Positions 17,872 to 26,476 of a DNA stretch of 35,220 nt are shown here, one piece after another (within the stretch, counting starts at the first letter, position 1; every line of letters begins with the position of its first letter). The notes under the pieces were generated by a model. It saw only the letters and a list, made by a program, of their open reading frames with translations. It ran no database searches and was not told the origin of the DNA. This DNA comes from a virus (Duplodnaviria > Caudoviricetes): IMG/VR virus record IMGVR_UViG_3300032257_000072, positions 1-35,220 of that record; one strand, 5' to 3'. The position numbers and the translations under genes are program-made.

Positions 17872-17921
17872 CGCCTCCGGTGTAATCGGGAGATAACCGC
17901 CTACGGGTTTACGGTAGATAA
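17872..17921 (+). repeat. Tandem hairpin pair in the scaffold gene leader
   Basis: CGCCTCCGGTGTAATCGGGAGATAA and CGCCTACGGGTTTACGGTAGATAA. Confidence 0.7.
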
Positions 17922-17931
17922 GGGTAAGAAA

Positions 17932-18627
17932 ATGACTGATGAATTAGAAGAGTTTTTAAATAACGAATTAGGTGAAGAAACTAACGAAGAAACCACTGAA
18001 GACGTGGCAACTGAGGAAGAAGAAACGCCTGAAACTGAAACGGTAGACAAAGAAGAGGAAGCGCCTACGGCTCCCGAAGATGAATCTAAGCCAGAAGACA
18101 AAACACCCGAAACTATGCCTATGTCCGCCTTTATGGGGATTAAAAGCGAAAACAAGGAATTAAAGCAGCAGCTAGAAAATTTAAAAAATTCTACGCCGCA
18201 ACAGCCGAAAGAAGAACCGGACTTTTTTGAAAATCCTGATGAAACGCTCGCGCAACATCGTCAACAGATTCGCAATGAAACCTCTGAGCTTATAGCTAGA
18301 GATAAATACGATGACTTTGAAGAAAAAGCGCAACGTTTTGGAGAGATGCTGCAAGAAAATCCGGCCTTACTAGCGCAAATGAATACTCAGTATAACCCTG
18401 CTGAATTTGTATATCAGACAGCAACCAAAGACATGCAGTTGCAGGAAATTGGAAGCATTGAAGATTACAAAGCTAAATTAGAGGCAGAGTATGCAGAAAA
18501 AATCAAAGCGTTTGAATCAAAGGCTAATACTGCTGAAATTCCGCCCTCAATGGTGGATGTTCGATCTAGTTCTTCACCAAAAGCAGATGAACAGGTCGAT
18601 ACTCTCGATGCAATTTTAAACGGGTAA
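17932..18627 (+). CDS. Capsid scaffolding protein
   Basis: Very acidic N-terminus, helical, NPAEFVY motif; lies between portal and capsid. Confidence 0.8.
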   Translation: MTDELEEFLNNELGEETNEETTEDVATEEEETPETETVDKEEEAPTAPEDESKPEDKTPETMPMSAFMGIKSENKELKQQLENLKNSTPQQPKEEPDFFENPDETLAQHRQQIRNETSELIARDKYDDFEEKAQRFGEMLQENPALLAQMNTQYNPAEFVYQTATKDMQLQEIGSIEDYKAKLEAEYAEKIKAFESKANTAEIPPSMVDVRSSSSPKADEQVDTLDAILNG

Positions 18628-18630
18628 ATT

Positions 18631-18670
18631 AGGGTTTGTCGTGAGACACCCTGCGACTGTCGTGAGACAG
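18631..18670 (+). promoter_or_regulatory. Late-leader hairpin motif, copies 2 and 3
   Basis: TGTC-GTGA-GACA (18637-48, extended by AGGGT/ACCCT) and CTGTC-GTGA-GACAG (18657-70). Confidence 0.75.
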
Positions 18671-18698
18671 CCAGATTTCCCAATGATGGAGGCCCAAA

Positions 18699-19802
18699 AT
18701 GGCTGAAACTACAGTAAGTACAGCAAACCGCGTTAAACAGTGGGACGCAAAAGCACACGCGGCGTATGTTCGCTCTAACCGATATAAGCGTTATATGGGT
18801 ACAGACGAAAACGCAATTATTCAACTTAAAGAAAACCTGACTAAACAGAAAGGTGATGCAATCACCATTCCTTTGGTTGGTGCGCTTGATGATTCAGGCG
18901 GTGCTAATGACGGCTCAACTTCATTAGTAGGTAACGAAAAAGCATTACCTAATGACGGTCACCAAATCACTGTTGCTGTGACTCGTGACGCGGTTGTTGT
19001 TAATGTTGAAGAAGAACAGGCAAGTCCTATTGATATTCGTAACGCGGCTAAAATGTCTTTGAAGAATCTTCAAATGCGTTATTTGCGTAATGATATTGAA
19101 ACGGCTTTACATTCAATCAACGGCCTGGCTTATAGCGCGGCTTCTGAAGCTCAAAAAGATGCCTGGTTAGTAGATAATGCTGACCGTGTTCTTTTTGGTT
19201 CGGCTCTTGCTAATAATGCAGCTAACGACCATTCTGCTGCACTATTGAATGTTGACTCAACCAATGACACATTAACTCGTGGTGTTGTTTCTCTTGCAAA
19301 GCGTATCGCTCAAACTTCAAGCACTGTTAACGGTGAAGGCTTCCGCCCTCATGTTTTCAATGAAGACGAAGAAACGTTTGTGATGTTTGTACCTTCTCTG
19401 GCTTTCCGTGATTTCCGCGCTGATCTTGTATCAGGTGGCGAGCTGAAAGATGCAGAGGTTCGCGGTCAAAAGAATCCTTTATTCTCTGGCCCAACTTCTC
19501 TTTTCTGGGATGGTGTAATTGTTCGAGAAATGCCAAGTCTTGGTGTTATTTCAGGTGTTGGCGCTGGTACTCCGGCAATTGATGTTGCGCCTTGCTTCTT
19601 ATGTGGCGCTCAAGCTTTAGGTATTGCATGGGCTAAACGTACTAAGTCAACAATCGCAAAAGAAGACGACTACGAGTTTAAGAAAGGCGTGGGTTTCTTT
19701 GAAATGCGTGGTGTTGAGAAGCTTCAATACGGTCAAAGCGGTTCAGATGCTAAAGATTGGGGCGTAGCAACTGTTTACGTTTCTGGCGTAGCTGACGCTT
19801 AA
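18699..19802 (+). CDS. Major capsid protein (N4-gp56/DUF4043-like)
   Basis: IIQLKENLTKQKGDAITIPLV, LVGNE, NPLFSG...WDGVIVRE and LCGAQA motifs; GGAGG SD; followed by a terminator. Confidence 0.9.
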   Translation: MAETTVSTANRVKQWDAKAHAAYVRSNRYKRYMGTDENAIIQLKENLTKQKGDAITIPLVGALDDSGGANDGSTSLVGNEKALPNDGHQITVAVTRDAVVVNVEEEQASPIDIRNAAKMSLKNLQMRYLRNDIETALHSINGLAYSAASEAQKDAWLVDNADRVLFGSALANNAANDHSAALLNVDSTNDTLTRGVVSLAKRIAQTSSTVNGEGFRPHVFNEDEETFVMFVPSLAFRDFRADLVSGGELKDAEVRGQKNPLFSGPTSLFWDGVIVREMPSLGVISGVGAGTPAIDVAPCFLCGAQALGIAWAKRTKSTIAKEDDYEFKKGVGFFEMRGVEKLQYGQSGSDAKDWGVATVYVSGVADA

Positions 19803-19817
19803 TCTTTCCTCTAACTT

Positions 19818-19845
19818 GGGAGGGCTTCGGCCCTTCCTTCTTTTT
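19818..19845 (+). terminator. Terminator after the capsid gene
   Basis: GGGAGGGC-TTCG-GCCCTTCC plus T-rich tail. Confidence 0.88.
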
Positions 19846-19855
19846 ACGGTGATTC

Positions 19856-20038
19856 ATGAATTTTAAATACACAGGCGAAATTAAAGATTTAACAATGTTT
19901 GGTTATGACTTCTCAAAAGGTACATGCGAAGTTGACGACGAGCATTTTCAAAACAAACTTAAGAATATTCCTGAGTTTGAAATCGTAAAGGCTAAAGCTA
20001 AAAAATCAAAGCCAGATAAAGCCAATGACAAAGACTGA
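19856..20038 (+). CDS. Small hypothetical late protein
   Basis: ORF track; basic C-terminus; directly after the capsid gene. Confidence 0.7.
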   Translation: MNFKYTGEIKDLTMFGYDFSKGTCEVDDEHFQNKLKNIPEFEIVKAKAKKSKPDKANDKD

Positions 20039-20369
20039 GTTAATTAAGCGCGTCTTGATTAAACTTAAGGTTATCCAGTCTGATGATACTGTCTCAACTG
20101 AAGATTCGGATTTAATCGGCGCAGTATATGACGAAGTTTATCAAGAGCTTAAAATTCAAGAGCTAGTAACCTGGACTTCTACCGGAGATATTCCGACTAG
20201 TCACGCTCAATCAATGATTAAAATTGTTGCCTCTCGTAGTGCTGACGATTTTGAGCATGAGGAGCTAAACGTACAGCGGCTATTAATTGAAGAGTCGCAA
20301 GCAATGGACAAGATAGTGATTTTAAACCGCGTCCCTTACGTGTCTACATCAGAGCCGGAGTGTTACTAG
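20025..20369 (+). CDS. Head-to-tail adaptor (P22 gp4-like)
   Basis: MTKTELIKRVLIKLKVI N-terminus; size and position. Confidence 0.75.
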   Translation: MTKTELIKRVLIKLKVIQSDDTVSTEDSDLIGAVYDEVYQELKIQELVTWTSTGDIPTSHAQSMIKIVASRSADDFEHEELNVQRLLIEESQAMDKIVILNRVPYVSTSEPECY

Positions 20370-21889
20370 TGGCGCGAATTCCAGTAATCACGTCATTGGC
20401 TATTGATAAGTTTTCCGGTGGCGTTATTCAAACTACTAGCAGTTCTACAAAGAATGCAGTATTTAGCAAGTATCCGGATGGGCGAGTATTTGCAACTCAG
20501 CGTCCTGCTGTGAATGTGTTTGAAGATGCGAGTGCAGCAGTATCTAAAGCGAAAGGAAGAGGTATTTATTACTGGAATAAAGTATCAGCGTTATATTTTG
20601 TGAATGAAGATACTGTCTATAAAAACTCTCATTCATCGCCTTTAGCCGCAACGCTTACAGAAGGTACGTCGAGAATAGATTTTTTTGCAATTGGTGAATA
20701 TTTAGTATTAATTGATTCCGTAAATAACGAAGGCTGGTATATCAATTCCGGCTCATCAACTACATTAAATTCCATAACAGATGTAGATTTCCCGTCAAAC
20801 CAAACACCTGTTTTGAATCTTGCTAGAGGCGGGGCCGTACTAAATGGAACGCTATACGTTTACGCTACAGACGGAACTATCTGGAATAGTGCTGTAGAAG
20901 ACCCTACAAGCTGGAGTAGCTTGGATTTTCGCACATCAGAGCTAAAGCCTGACCCCGGCGTTTTAATGTTTAGGCACTCTAATCATGTGGTTGCGGTGGG
21001 AACGGGTACGACTGAATTCTTTTACGATAATACAAACCCTACAGGCTCCCCATTAAGCCCGCGAACAGACATCGACCATTCTATCGGTGCGATTGATTCC
21101 GATACATTGTGGACGGATGGCGATACCGCTTTTTTTTGCAACCTGAATCATGCTGGCGATATTAACGTAACGATAATGTCAGGGTTTCAGGTTAAAAAAA
21201 TATCAAATAATGATTTAGATTCTTTGTTAACTTCTGCGATTGTTCACGATGATATAAAAGTTATTGGTAGCGGGTTTTCTTCAGGAGGAAGAGGATTTTA
21301 TGCTTTAACAATGCACATAATAAGCGACGGGGTCGTAACGCCTTATCAGTCGATTGTATATGACCTTAGCTCCAATACATGGGGTGAATGGGAATTGATG
21401 CAGCCTGATATTGTTGAGTTCCCTTTGATTGGATGGACGCAAGCCACATCAACAAGAGCGGGCAATGGAATATTAACAAACGGCGATATTATAACAATCG
21501 TCGATAATAAAATACCTTACGACACTATAGAAGCGTCTGCTTATGTTGAGACTGGATATGTAGAAGCTGGATACGTAGCAACAACCCCCGCAAGCGGCAA
21601 CAATATAGAGCTGGAAATTATCACAGGCCCCGCTGATTTTGGGCGCAGAAACTATAAACGCGCTACCAATTTAAAAATCGTTGCAACACCAACAGAAAAC
21701 ACTCAGTTAATGACTGTTCAAACTTCCGACGAAGGCAACGACAATTACAACACAGGCCGGACAATAGACTTAAGTAAATCCGGCCAAAAAATCACCCGTA
21801 TGGGACGATTTAAAACGCGAAATCATAAATTAACGTATTCCGGCGACGAACAAATAGAAGTGGAAGGCATTGAATTAGATGTCACTTGA
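20369..21889 (+). CDS. Tail nozzle/hub (P22 gp10-like DNA stabilisation protein)
   Basis: Beta-propeller-like; SAVEDPTSWSSLDF..SE..PD and G..TTEFF motifs; GTG 20369 overlaps the upstream stop. Confidence 0.8.
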   Translation: MARIPVITSLAIDKFSGGVIQTTSSSTKNAVFSKYPDGRVFATQRPAVNVFEDASAAVSKAKGRGIYYWNKVSALYFVNEDTVYKNSHSSPLAATLTEGTSRIDFFAIGEYLVLIDSVNNEGWYINSGSSTTLNSITDVDFPSNQTPVLNLARGGAVLNGTLYVYATDGTIWNSAVEDPTSWSSLDFRTSELKPDPGVLMFRHSNHVVAVGTGTTEFFYDNTNPTGSPLSPRTDIDHSIGAIDSDTLWTDGDTAFFCNLNHAGDINVTIMSGFQVKKISNNDLDSLLTSAIVHDDIKVIGSGFSSGGRGFYALTMHIISDGVVTPYQSIVYDLSSNTWGEWELMQPDIVEFPLIGWTQATSTRAGNGILTNGDIITIVDNKIPYDTIEASAYVETGYVEAGYVATTPASGNNIELEIITGPADFGRRNYKRATNLKIVATPTENTQLMTVQTSDEGNDNYNTGRTIDLSKSGQKITRMGRFKTRNHKLTYSGDEQIEVEGIELDVT

Positions 21890-22241
21890 GCCGCCGCTAG
21901 AAAACCCAGGGCAAAGATGGTTTTTGAATTTATATAACTTTATTACAGACAATCGAAGACAAGTGTTAACTGTAAGCGGGTCAGTAAAAGAAAACAAAGA
22001 ATCATTAGAAATAAACGGAACGACAATAGCCGCGACTATTGCAGAAACTAAAAATCATTCCGGCTTATTTGTTGCTAAAAGCTTAAGTATCGGTATCCAT
22101 ACCGTGACACTAACCGCCGGAACTTGGGACGGTACAAACACAGTTGCAACATTTAACGCGGTTGGTGATTTTTTAGCGGTTTATTTTGATTCAAATGGTG
22201 ACGGTTCAATTATTAATAATAACGGTGTAGTCCTTAGTTAA
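21879..22241 (+). CDS. Small tail-associated structural protein
   Basis: Beta-rich 120 aa between the nozzle and ejection genes. Confidence 0.6.
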   Translation: MSLEPPLENPGQRWFLNLYNFITDNRRQVLTVSGSVKENKESLEINGTTIAATIAETKNHSGLFVAKSLSIGIHTVTLTAGTWDGTNTVATFNAVGDFLAVYFDSNGDGSIINNNGVVLS

Positions 22242-22259
22242 CGTCGTGATGACGTGAGG
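22238..22259 (+). promoter_or_regulatory. Late-leader hairpin motif, copy 4
   Basis: TTAACGTCGTGATGACGTGAGG, identical to 26450-26471. Confidence 0.8.
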
Positions 22260-22266
22260 TGATAAT

Positions 22267-23289
22267 ATGGGTGGTTTTGGCGATTTCTTTGATACTGTTG
22301 TTACGGTGGGGTCACTTGGCCTGGTTAATCCGGGCGCGGACGATGCGGCGGACGCGCAGGTAGCCTCGCAAAATAGGCAAATAGAAGCAACTGATCGACA
22401 GTTTGAGCAAACAAGAGCAGATAATTTACCGTTTTTAGAAGCTGGAACAGGTGCATTAAGTGATTTTCAAAATCTAATTAATAAAGGGCCAAAAGCTCCG
22501 ACTGTTCCCATTTTTAATGGTGAAGCCGTAGCCGCGCCCACATTAGATCGTTTTAACGGTAGTGCTGTTAATGCGCCCACATTGAACCAGTTTACAAACA
22601 ATTCAAATATTAAAGACTTTGATTTTGATGTGAACAAAGTATTAGACAGCCCTAGATTTAATTTCATGCGTGAACAGGGCGAAATACAACAAGACCGTGT
22701 AGCTGGTAAAAATAGAAATTTAGGCTCAGGCCAGCGGTTAATCGATGCGGCTAAGTTTGGCCAGGGTTTGGCGACTGATGAAATTAATAATGAATTTAAC
22801 CGACAATTAACAGAAGTTCAGCAAAACAATCAATCAAGTAATCAGCGTTTTAATAATGACTTTACAACCAATCAGGCAAATAATTTAACAGCGGGTAATC
22901 AGTTCGATTTCAATAATCAAAACCTTCAAAGCAGAATTTCGCTAAATGACCTAGCCAATAACCAAGCCATTCAGCAGCAAGGCTTAAATAGACAAAATTT
23001 AAATGATCGTATGACTTTGGATAACCTAAACAACAGCAGAACATTGCAGAACTTTAACCTTGAGAATGATCAGTTTAACAGCCGTTTAAACCGTCTGGCA
23101 GGGTTAATTGATGTAGGTCGAGGCACTGGTACTGCTTTGGGTAATTTCGGAGCTAATGCAACTAATAGCAATAACCAGAACATTCAAAATATGGGTGATA
23201 TTAGAGCAGCGCAAGAGCTTGCGCCCGTTAATTCCTTCCTTAACTTTGTAAATACGGGCGCTAACGTTGCGGGCGCGTTCAATAAATAG
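22267..23289 (+). CDS. DNA ejection/pilot protein 1 (P22 gp7-like)
   Basis: AADAQ...QFEQTRADNLPFLEAGTGAL pattern; N/Q-rich; position. Confidence 0.75.
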   Translation: MGGFGDFFDTVVTVGSLGLVNPGADDAADAQVASQNRQIEATDRQFEQTRADNLPFLEAGTGALSDFQNLINKGPKAPTVPIFNGEAVAAPTLDRFNGSAVNAPTLNQFTNNSNIKDFDFDVNKVLDSPRFNFMREQGEIQQDRVAGKNRNLGSGQRLIDAAKFGQGLATDEINNEFNRQLTEVQQNNQSSNQRFNNDFTTNQANNLTAGNQFDFNNQNLQSRISLNDLANNQAIQQQGLNRQNLNDRMTLDNLNNSRTLQNFNLENDQFNSRLNRLAGLIDVGRGTGTALGNFGANATNSNNQNIQNMGDIRAAQELAPVNSFLNFVNTGANVAGAFNK

Positions 23290-23298
23290 GTGTAACAA

Positions 23299-24462
23299 AT
23301 GGCACGACCAATAACGCAAAGTATTTTAAATCAATTGTCTAATCCTCACGGGCAGCAACTGGCCCAATTAAGCCAAACTGCTAACAGGCTCGGACAGCAA
23401 AACAGGCAATCAAAACTTAATGAGTTAAATTCTCAGTCTATTAAGTTGCAGCAAGAAAAAGTAAAAGCTGATTTATTTAAGGCTAATGCGCCTGTTATTC
23501 ATTCAGGGCTAACTCAACTTAAAGATGTTCCTTTAGAGCAAAGATTTGAAGCAGCTCAAGAGCTGTTTAAGGGTGTGCCTGGCATTTCAGAATTGATCGA
23601 CGACCCTGAAGATTTTACGGACGAAAAGATAAGCCGGAATTTGAATTTTACGGGTCAGTTAATGGCAAATTCAAATAAAAGAAATAATCCTGCTACTAAG
23701 GCATTTGCTCCTGTAATGCTTGAAAATGACGAAGGCGAAAAGAAATTTGTTATCCCGACATTTAACCCGCAAACCAACAAAGCAGAGCTTTCGCCTGTAG
23801 ATATTAAGGACGGATTCAGAATAGCGAAAGAGACAGGTCAAGAAAAACGAAGCGCTGACGTACAAGCAAGAATTAAAACCAAAAGAGGCGAAGCAACCGC
23901 AAAAAGCCAGGCTGAACGTAGAGAAGATCAAATAAATCAAGGCTTAGATGCTGCTGACGGTTTCGCCAATGTCGAAAGAGCTTTAACGCTTATGAATAAT
24001 GTTGAAACAGGCGGGATAGATAATGCGTCATTAAAAGCAAAGCAGTTCTTTGGTATTGAAGGAGCTGACGAGGCCGAACTATCTAATCGAATGGGTAAAG
24101 CTGTTTTAAGCCAATTACGCGCAACTTTTGGTGCTGCATTTACAGCGGCGGAGGGAAAGCAATTACAAGTTATTGAGGCTGGCTTTGGTAAATCTACAGA
24201 AGGCAACAGACGTTTATTAGAGCAAACAAAGCGAATTATTTTAAGGTCTGCAAAGCGTGGCATTCGTGCCGCAAAAGCTACAGGCGATCTTGATACAGTT
24301 GCAGACATTGAAGAGGCTTTAGCGTTTACACTGGATGACAAACCAGAACAGCCTAAGCAAGCGCTACCCCAAATAAACGAACAAGGCTGGCAATTAATGA
24401 CAGACGGGCAGGGCAATCAAGCCTATGTCGGGCCTAATAACGAAGTTCAGGAAGTGAAATAA
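23299..24462 (+). CDS. DNA ejection protein 2 (P22 gp20 position)
   Basis: Helical Q/A/K-rich protein; synteny. Confidence 0.65.
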   Translation: MARPITQSILNQLSNPHGQQLAQLSQTANRLGQQNRQSKLNELNSQSIKLQQEKVKADLFKANAPVIHSGLTQLKDVPLEQRFEAAQELFKGVPGISELIDDPEDFTDEKISRNLNFTGQLMANSNKRNNPATKAFAPVMLENDEGEKKFVIPTFNPQTNKAELSPVDIKDGFRIAKETGQEKRSADVQARIKTKRGEATAKSQAERREDQINQGLDAADGFANVERALTLMNNVETGGIDNASLKAKQFFGIEGADEAELSNRMGKAVLSQLRATFGAAFTAAEGKQLQVIEAGFGKSTEGNRRLLEQTKRIILRSAKRGIRAAKATGDLDTVADIEEALAFTLDDKPEQPKQALPQINEQGWQLMTDGQGNQAYVGPNNEVQEVK

Positions 24463-26210
24463 TGGCTTTTGATTTATCTACAGCAAAACCAGTAGAGACT
24501 CAAAAACAAGGCGGTTTTGATTTGTCTACGGCTAAACCTGTTAATTCTGATGTTGAAGCGACAAGCGGAGAAGTTAACAAGGAAGGGCTTAAGAAGCAAA
24601 TTGGAGACTTTATCTTAAGCACACCAGGCGGAGCAGAATTAACGGAGTTTGGCTCCGCAGTTTCACGAGGCACAACTGGACTAGTTGATTTTTTTGCAAC
24701 TAAGCCAATTAATGCGGCTTTAGAAATAGCGGGTGTCGATGGCAGGGTTCCTGAGTTAACGGAAATTGCAAGTGACGCCACAAAAGGAAATTTTGTTGAG
24801 CCTGGTTTAGTTAAAGACGCTCTGAGAACATCAGGCGAGTTTGTTGGCCCTGCTGGAGCTTTTGGCTCGGCAACAAAAGCAGCAGCGCGAGCTATACCAG
24901 CGGTACAGGCCACAGTAAAAACTGTAGGGCAGGGAGTAACTAAACAGTTAGGAGCCTCAACAGCAGCGCAAGACTTAACAGGTGCGGCATTGTCTGGAGC
25001 AGGGTTCGAGGCCGGAGGTGATGTTGGCGAGTTTGTTGCTGGCGATACTGGGCGGAAAGTTGGTGAGTTTGTTGGCGCTATTGCTGCCCCAATTAGTCCG
25101 GCTGTAATAAAGCACACTACTAAATCACTATTTACTCCAGGTGCAAAAACATTATTAAAAGAAGCCACCCCAACGATTAAAGGATTAAAGGAAGCGGCTA
25201 GAGTAGTTTATAAAGAGATTGACGAATTAGGCGCTGTTGTTAGTTCAAATAAAGTAACCAGCTTAGTTAATCAAGTTAAAGCAGTAGCCACAAAAGAAGG
25301 GTTTAACAAAAGAATTCACCCAAAAGTATCCGCTGTTTTAGATGAGTTTGGCTCAGCTAAAGGTGTTAATAAATCTGTAGGCGAATTAGATACTTTAAGA
25401 AAAGTCGCGCAAAGCGCAGCTCGAAGTATAGAGCCTGAAGAAAAAAGACTGGGCACTATGTTAGTGAGCAAAATCGATGATTTCATGGATAACCTAAAGC
25501 CCGCTGATTTTCAAAAAGGCGGAGGTGATGTTGGTGCAAAATATAAAGATGCGCGGCAATTATGGAAGCGAGCTAAGAAATCAGAATTAATAGAGGAAGC
25601 TTTTGAACGCGCAGGCAATCAAGCAAGCGGCTTTGAAAACGGAATAAGAGTTCAATTTAGATCAATTCTCAATAATAAGAAAAAAATAAGCGGCTTTTCA
25701 TCCGACGAAATAAAGGTAATGCGCAAAGTTGTTCAAGGTGGTAAAGCTGAGAATCTAGCGAAGCTTATTGGCAAATTTGGGTTTAGTGAAGGACAGGCAA
25801 CCAATATGTTGATGGGTTCGGCGGGGGTCTTTGGTGGAGCGGCAGTTGGCGGCCCAGTCGGAGCCGTTGCAGTTCCATTGGTTGGGCAGTTATCAAAATC
25901 TCTGGCTCAGAAACTAACCAGAGGTAATGCAGATGCCGCTAATTTAATTGTTAGGGCGGGTAAAAATCCGAATGAAATAGTTAAAGCCTATTTTAAAGCA
26001 ATACCGAAAACACAAAGAAATTCACAGGAATTATCAGAACTTTTATTAAGGCCTGATATAGCTATTAATAAGATTAATAAAAAATTCCCCGTATCAAAAG
26101 ACCAGGAAAAACTAATTTCTGACGCTGTATTTTTTGCAAATTTTGTTAAGAATGAAGCCCAAGAAGTTGGGCCAGTAGTCGGCGCAACACAAAGAGCGGC
26201 TAACGAATAG
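24462..26210 (+). CDS. DNA ejection protein 3 (P22 gp16 position)
   Basis: G/A-rich hydrophobic stretches; largest ejection gene; synteny. Confidence 0.7.
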   Translation: MAFDLSTAKPVETQKQGGFDLSTAKPVNSDVEATSGEVNKEGLKKQIGDFILSTPGGAELTEFGSAVSRGTTGLVDFFATKPINAALEIAGVDGRVPELTEIASDATKGNFVEPGLVKDALRTSGEFVGPAGAFGSATKAAARAIPAVQATVKTVGQGVTKQLGASTAAQDLTGAALSGAGFEAGGDVGEFVAGDTGRKVGEFVGAIAAPISPAVIKHTTKSLFTPGAKTLLKEATPTIKGLKEAARVVYKEIDELGAVVSSNKVTSLVNQVKAVATKEGFNKRIHPKVSAVLDEFGSAKGVNKSVGELDTLRKVAQSAARSIEPEEKRLGTMLVSKIDDFMDNLKPADFQKGGGDVGAKYKDARQLWKRAKKSELIEEAFERAGNQASGFENGIRVQFRSILNNKKKISGFSSDEIKVMRKVVQGGKAENLAKLIGKFGFSEGQATNMLMGSAGVFGGAAVGGPVGAVAVPLVGQLSKSLAQKLTRGNADAANLIVRAGKNPNEIVKAYFKAIPKTQRNSQELSELLLRPDIAINKINKKFPVSKDQEKLISDAVFFANFVKNEAQEVGPVVGATQRAANE

Positions 26211-26372
26211 TTAATCTTCGCCAATATCTATTTTATTGCTGTTTGCGTAAATTCTTCGGATTGACTTAAGAAGCGTAATTATTGAGTTTAGCTGAGCTAT
26301 TACATAGCCGACCACGCAAACCACAATAACAGTTATTACATTGTCTGAGACTATCGAGAAAAAAGCGTCCAT
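26211..26372 (-). CDS. Antisense small membrane protein (53 aa), candidate superinfection exclusion
   Basis: MDAFFSIVSDNVITVIVVCVVGYVIAQLNSII...; single TM; fills the intergenic gap; stop abuts the stop of ejection gene 3. Confidence 0.65.
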   Translation of the reverse strand: MDAFFSIVSDNVITVIVVCVVGYVIAQLNSIITLLKSIRRIYANSNKIDIGED

Positions 26373-26449
26373 ATAATTTCCAGTGTTTATTTTTAAATAA
26401 TCATACACCCAAAACACCAACAATTAAAAACAGCAACAAAAACAACAAC

Positions 26450-26471
26450 TTAACGTCGTGATGACGTGAGG
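26450..26471 (+). promoter_or_regulatory. Late-leader hairpin motif, copy 5
   Basis: ACGTC-GTGAT-GACGT directly followed by the GAGG SD and ATG 26477. Confidence 0.8.
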
Positions 26472-26476
26472 CAACT

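Noticed and set aside
23937-25168. Long minus-strand ORFs (159 and 222 aa)
   Set aside because: Fully antisense to ejection genes; typical codon-bias shadows.
26411-26449. A/C-rich tract as a tandem repeat
   Set aside because: No regular unit; more likely an unstructured leader or promoter region.
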